This document shows, one piece after another, positions 62,865 to 64,000 of a stretch of 64,000 nucleotides of DNA. How positions within the stretch are numbered: the stretch's first letter is position 1; each line of letters starts with the position of its first letter. This DNA is from Acidimicrobiales bacterium (GTDB taxonomy: Bacteria > Actinomycetota > Acidimicrobiia > Acidimicrobiales > CATQHL01), in the NCBI GenBank assembly GCA_965220035.1, contig CBDCPC010000002.1, positions 1,021,821 to 1,085,820 of the forward strand. The letters are read 5' to 3'. The position numbers and the translations under genes were made by a program. The notes below the pieces were generated by a model. That model had not been told where the DNA came from. It was given only the letters and a program-made list of their open reading frames with translations, and searched no databases.

Positions 62865-64000
62865 ACCGGGCCGCGGAGGCGGCGTCGATGCGGACGAGGT
62901 AGCGCATCCCGTCGCCGGTCGCCGTCTCCGACAGCACCTGCGACGAGCGGTGCAGTCCCGCCATCACCTCGCCGCGCGAGAACGGCACCACGAACTCCGC
63001 CGTCGAGGCCGCCGCCCGCAGCCGGTCGCCGATCACAGCCGTGAGATCCTCCAAGCCGGCTCCCGTTGCGGCCGAGACCGCCACGCTGCCCGGGTAGGCC
63101 GCCAGCAGGTGCTCGGCGCCGGCCGCGATGTCGAGCTTGTTGAGGACCAGAAGCTCGGGCACGTTGGCCGCGCCGATGACCCCCAGGACCTCCCGCACGG
63201 CCTCCACCTGGCCGCCGCAGTCGGCCGCCGATGCGTCCACGACGTGCAGCAGGAGGTCGGCATCGCCGACAACCTCGAGCGTGCTCATGAACGCCTCCAC
63301 GAATTCGTGCGGCAGCTTGCGAACGAACCCCACCGTGTCGACGAGGAGCACGGTCTCGCCGCCGGGCAGATCCAGGCGGCGGGTGAGAGCGTCGAGAGTG
63401 GCGAACAGCCGGTCCTCCACGTGGGCCTCGGCACCGCAGAGAGCGTTCAGGAGGCTGGACTTGCCGGCGTTCGTGTACCCCACGATGGCGACCGTGGGCC
63501 GCGCCGAGCGCTGCCGCCGCCGCGCCTGCACCCCGCGATGGCGCCGGATGTCCCGCAGCCTGCGCTCGAGGGTGTTGATGCGACGCAGCAGCCGGCGCCT
63601 GTCCACCTCCAGTTGGGTCTCACCGGGTCCCCGGGTGCCGATCCCGCCGGCCTGCTGGCTGAGCCGGTAGCCGGAGCCGCGCAGGCGTGGCAGCCGGTAG
63701 CGCAACTGCGCCAGCTCCACCTGCACCTTCCCCTCGGTGCTGGAGGCGTTCTGGGCGAAGATGTCCAGGATGACCGTCGTGCGGTCGATCGCCGTGCGGC
63801 CCAGAATGCCCTCGAGGTTGTACTGCTGCGCCGGACTCAACTCGTCGTCGAACACCACCGTGTCGGCGTCGTATTCCTCGGAGACATCACGGATCTCCAG
63901 CGCCTTCCCCCGCCCGACGTAGGTGGCAGCGTCGATGCGGTCCCGGCGCTGCACGACACGATGCACCGGATCCGCACCGGCGGTATCGGTGAGCCGGGCC
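62806..64000 (-). CDS. hflX: GTPase HflX (N-terminus continues beyond the window end)
   Basis: HflX N-domain (..ATYVGRGKALEI..), G-domain (..VAIVGYTNAGKSSLLNAL.. ..DTVGFVRKLPHEFVEAF.. ..LNKLD..). The frame stays open upstream of the listed GTG to position 64000. Confidence 0.85.
   Translation of the reverse strand, partial: ARLTDTAGADPVHRVVQRRDRIDAATYVGRGKALEIRDVSEEYDADTVVFDDELSPAQQYNLEGILGRTAIDRTTVILDIFAQNASSTEGKVQVELAQLRYRLPRLRGSGYRLSQQAGGIGTRGPGETQLEVDRRRLLRRINTLERRLRDIRRHRGVQARRRQRSARPTVAIVGYTNAGKSSLLNALCGAEAHVEDRLFATLDALTRRLDLPGGETVLLVDTVGFVRKLPHEFVEAFMSTLEVVGDADLLLHVVDASAADCGGQVEAVREVLGVIGAANVPELLVLNKLDIAAGAEHLLAAYPGSVAVSAATGAGLEDLTAVIGDRLRAAASTAEFVVPFSRGEVMAGLHRSSQVLSETATGDGMRYLVRIDAASAARFADFRHTGGGNADGGDGQT

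Overview
This is a high-GC (~70%) actinobacterial chromosomal segment, densely coded on both strands. Most of it is core housekeeping: an ABC transporter tail, M24 peptidase, fused PutA, polA, an ANTAR response regulator (PdtaR-like), MurJ, proA, and a TIGR03960 radical-SAM/TIGR03936/rne/rplU/rpmA/obg/proB operon. It also carries rodA/mrdA/mreDCB, a tRNA-Val/Cys/Gly cluster, metX, lgt, GpgS-like GT, an intein-containing class II RNR (nrdJ), lexA, dapE/dapD/dapC-like, an MFS pump and a partial hflX. The presence of mreBCD argues against Mycobacterium despite mycobacteria-like synteny (polA-pdtaR; dapD/dapE/gpgS). Accessory or unusual content includes an IS1182-family insertion with 15-bp terminal inverted repeats (TIRs), a VapBC pair, and a zeta-like P-loop kinase with an overlapping Phd/YefM-like small ORF. 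There is a pair of adjacent secreted proteins (an RCC1 β-propeller and a MurNAc-LAA amidase) that share a previously unnamed ~58-aa tandem repeat domain. The RCC1 gene appears frameshifted at a C9 homopolymer tract. A DUF222-HNH (REP13E12-type) gene is preceded by a triplicated 34-bp leaderless-promoter-like motif. The nrdJ/ribD_C intergenic region holds a periodic TTCCCCC(G/A)GG motif array. There is also a 37-bp direct repeat/35-bp spacer/37-bp repeat, and a recurring ATTCCGGC-N4-GCCGGAAT hairpin. Gene starts were often relocated from the maximal ORFs using conserved N-termini and GTGA/ATGA stop-start overlaps; all calls rest on reading the sequence, with no database search.
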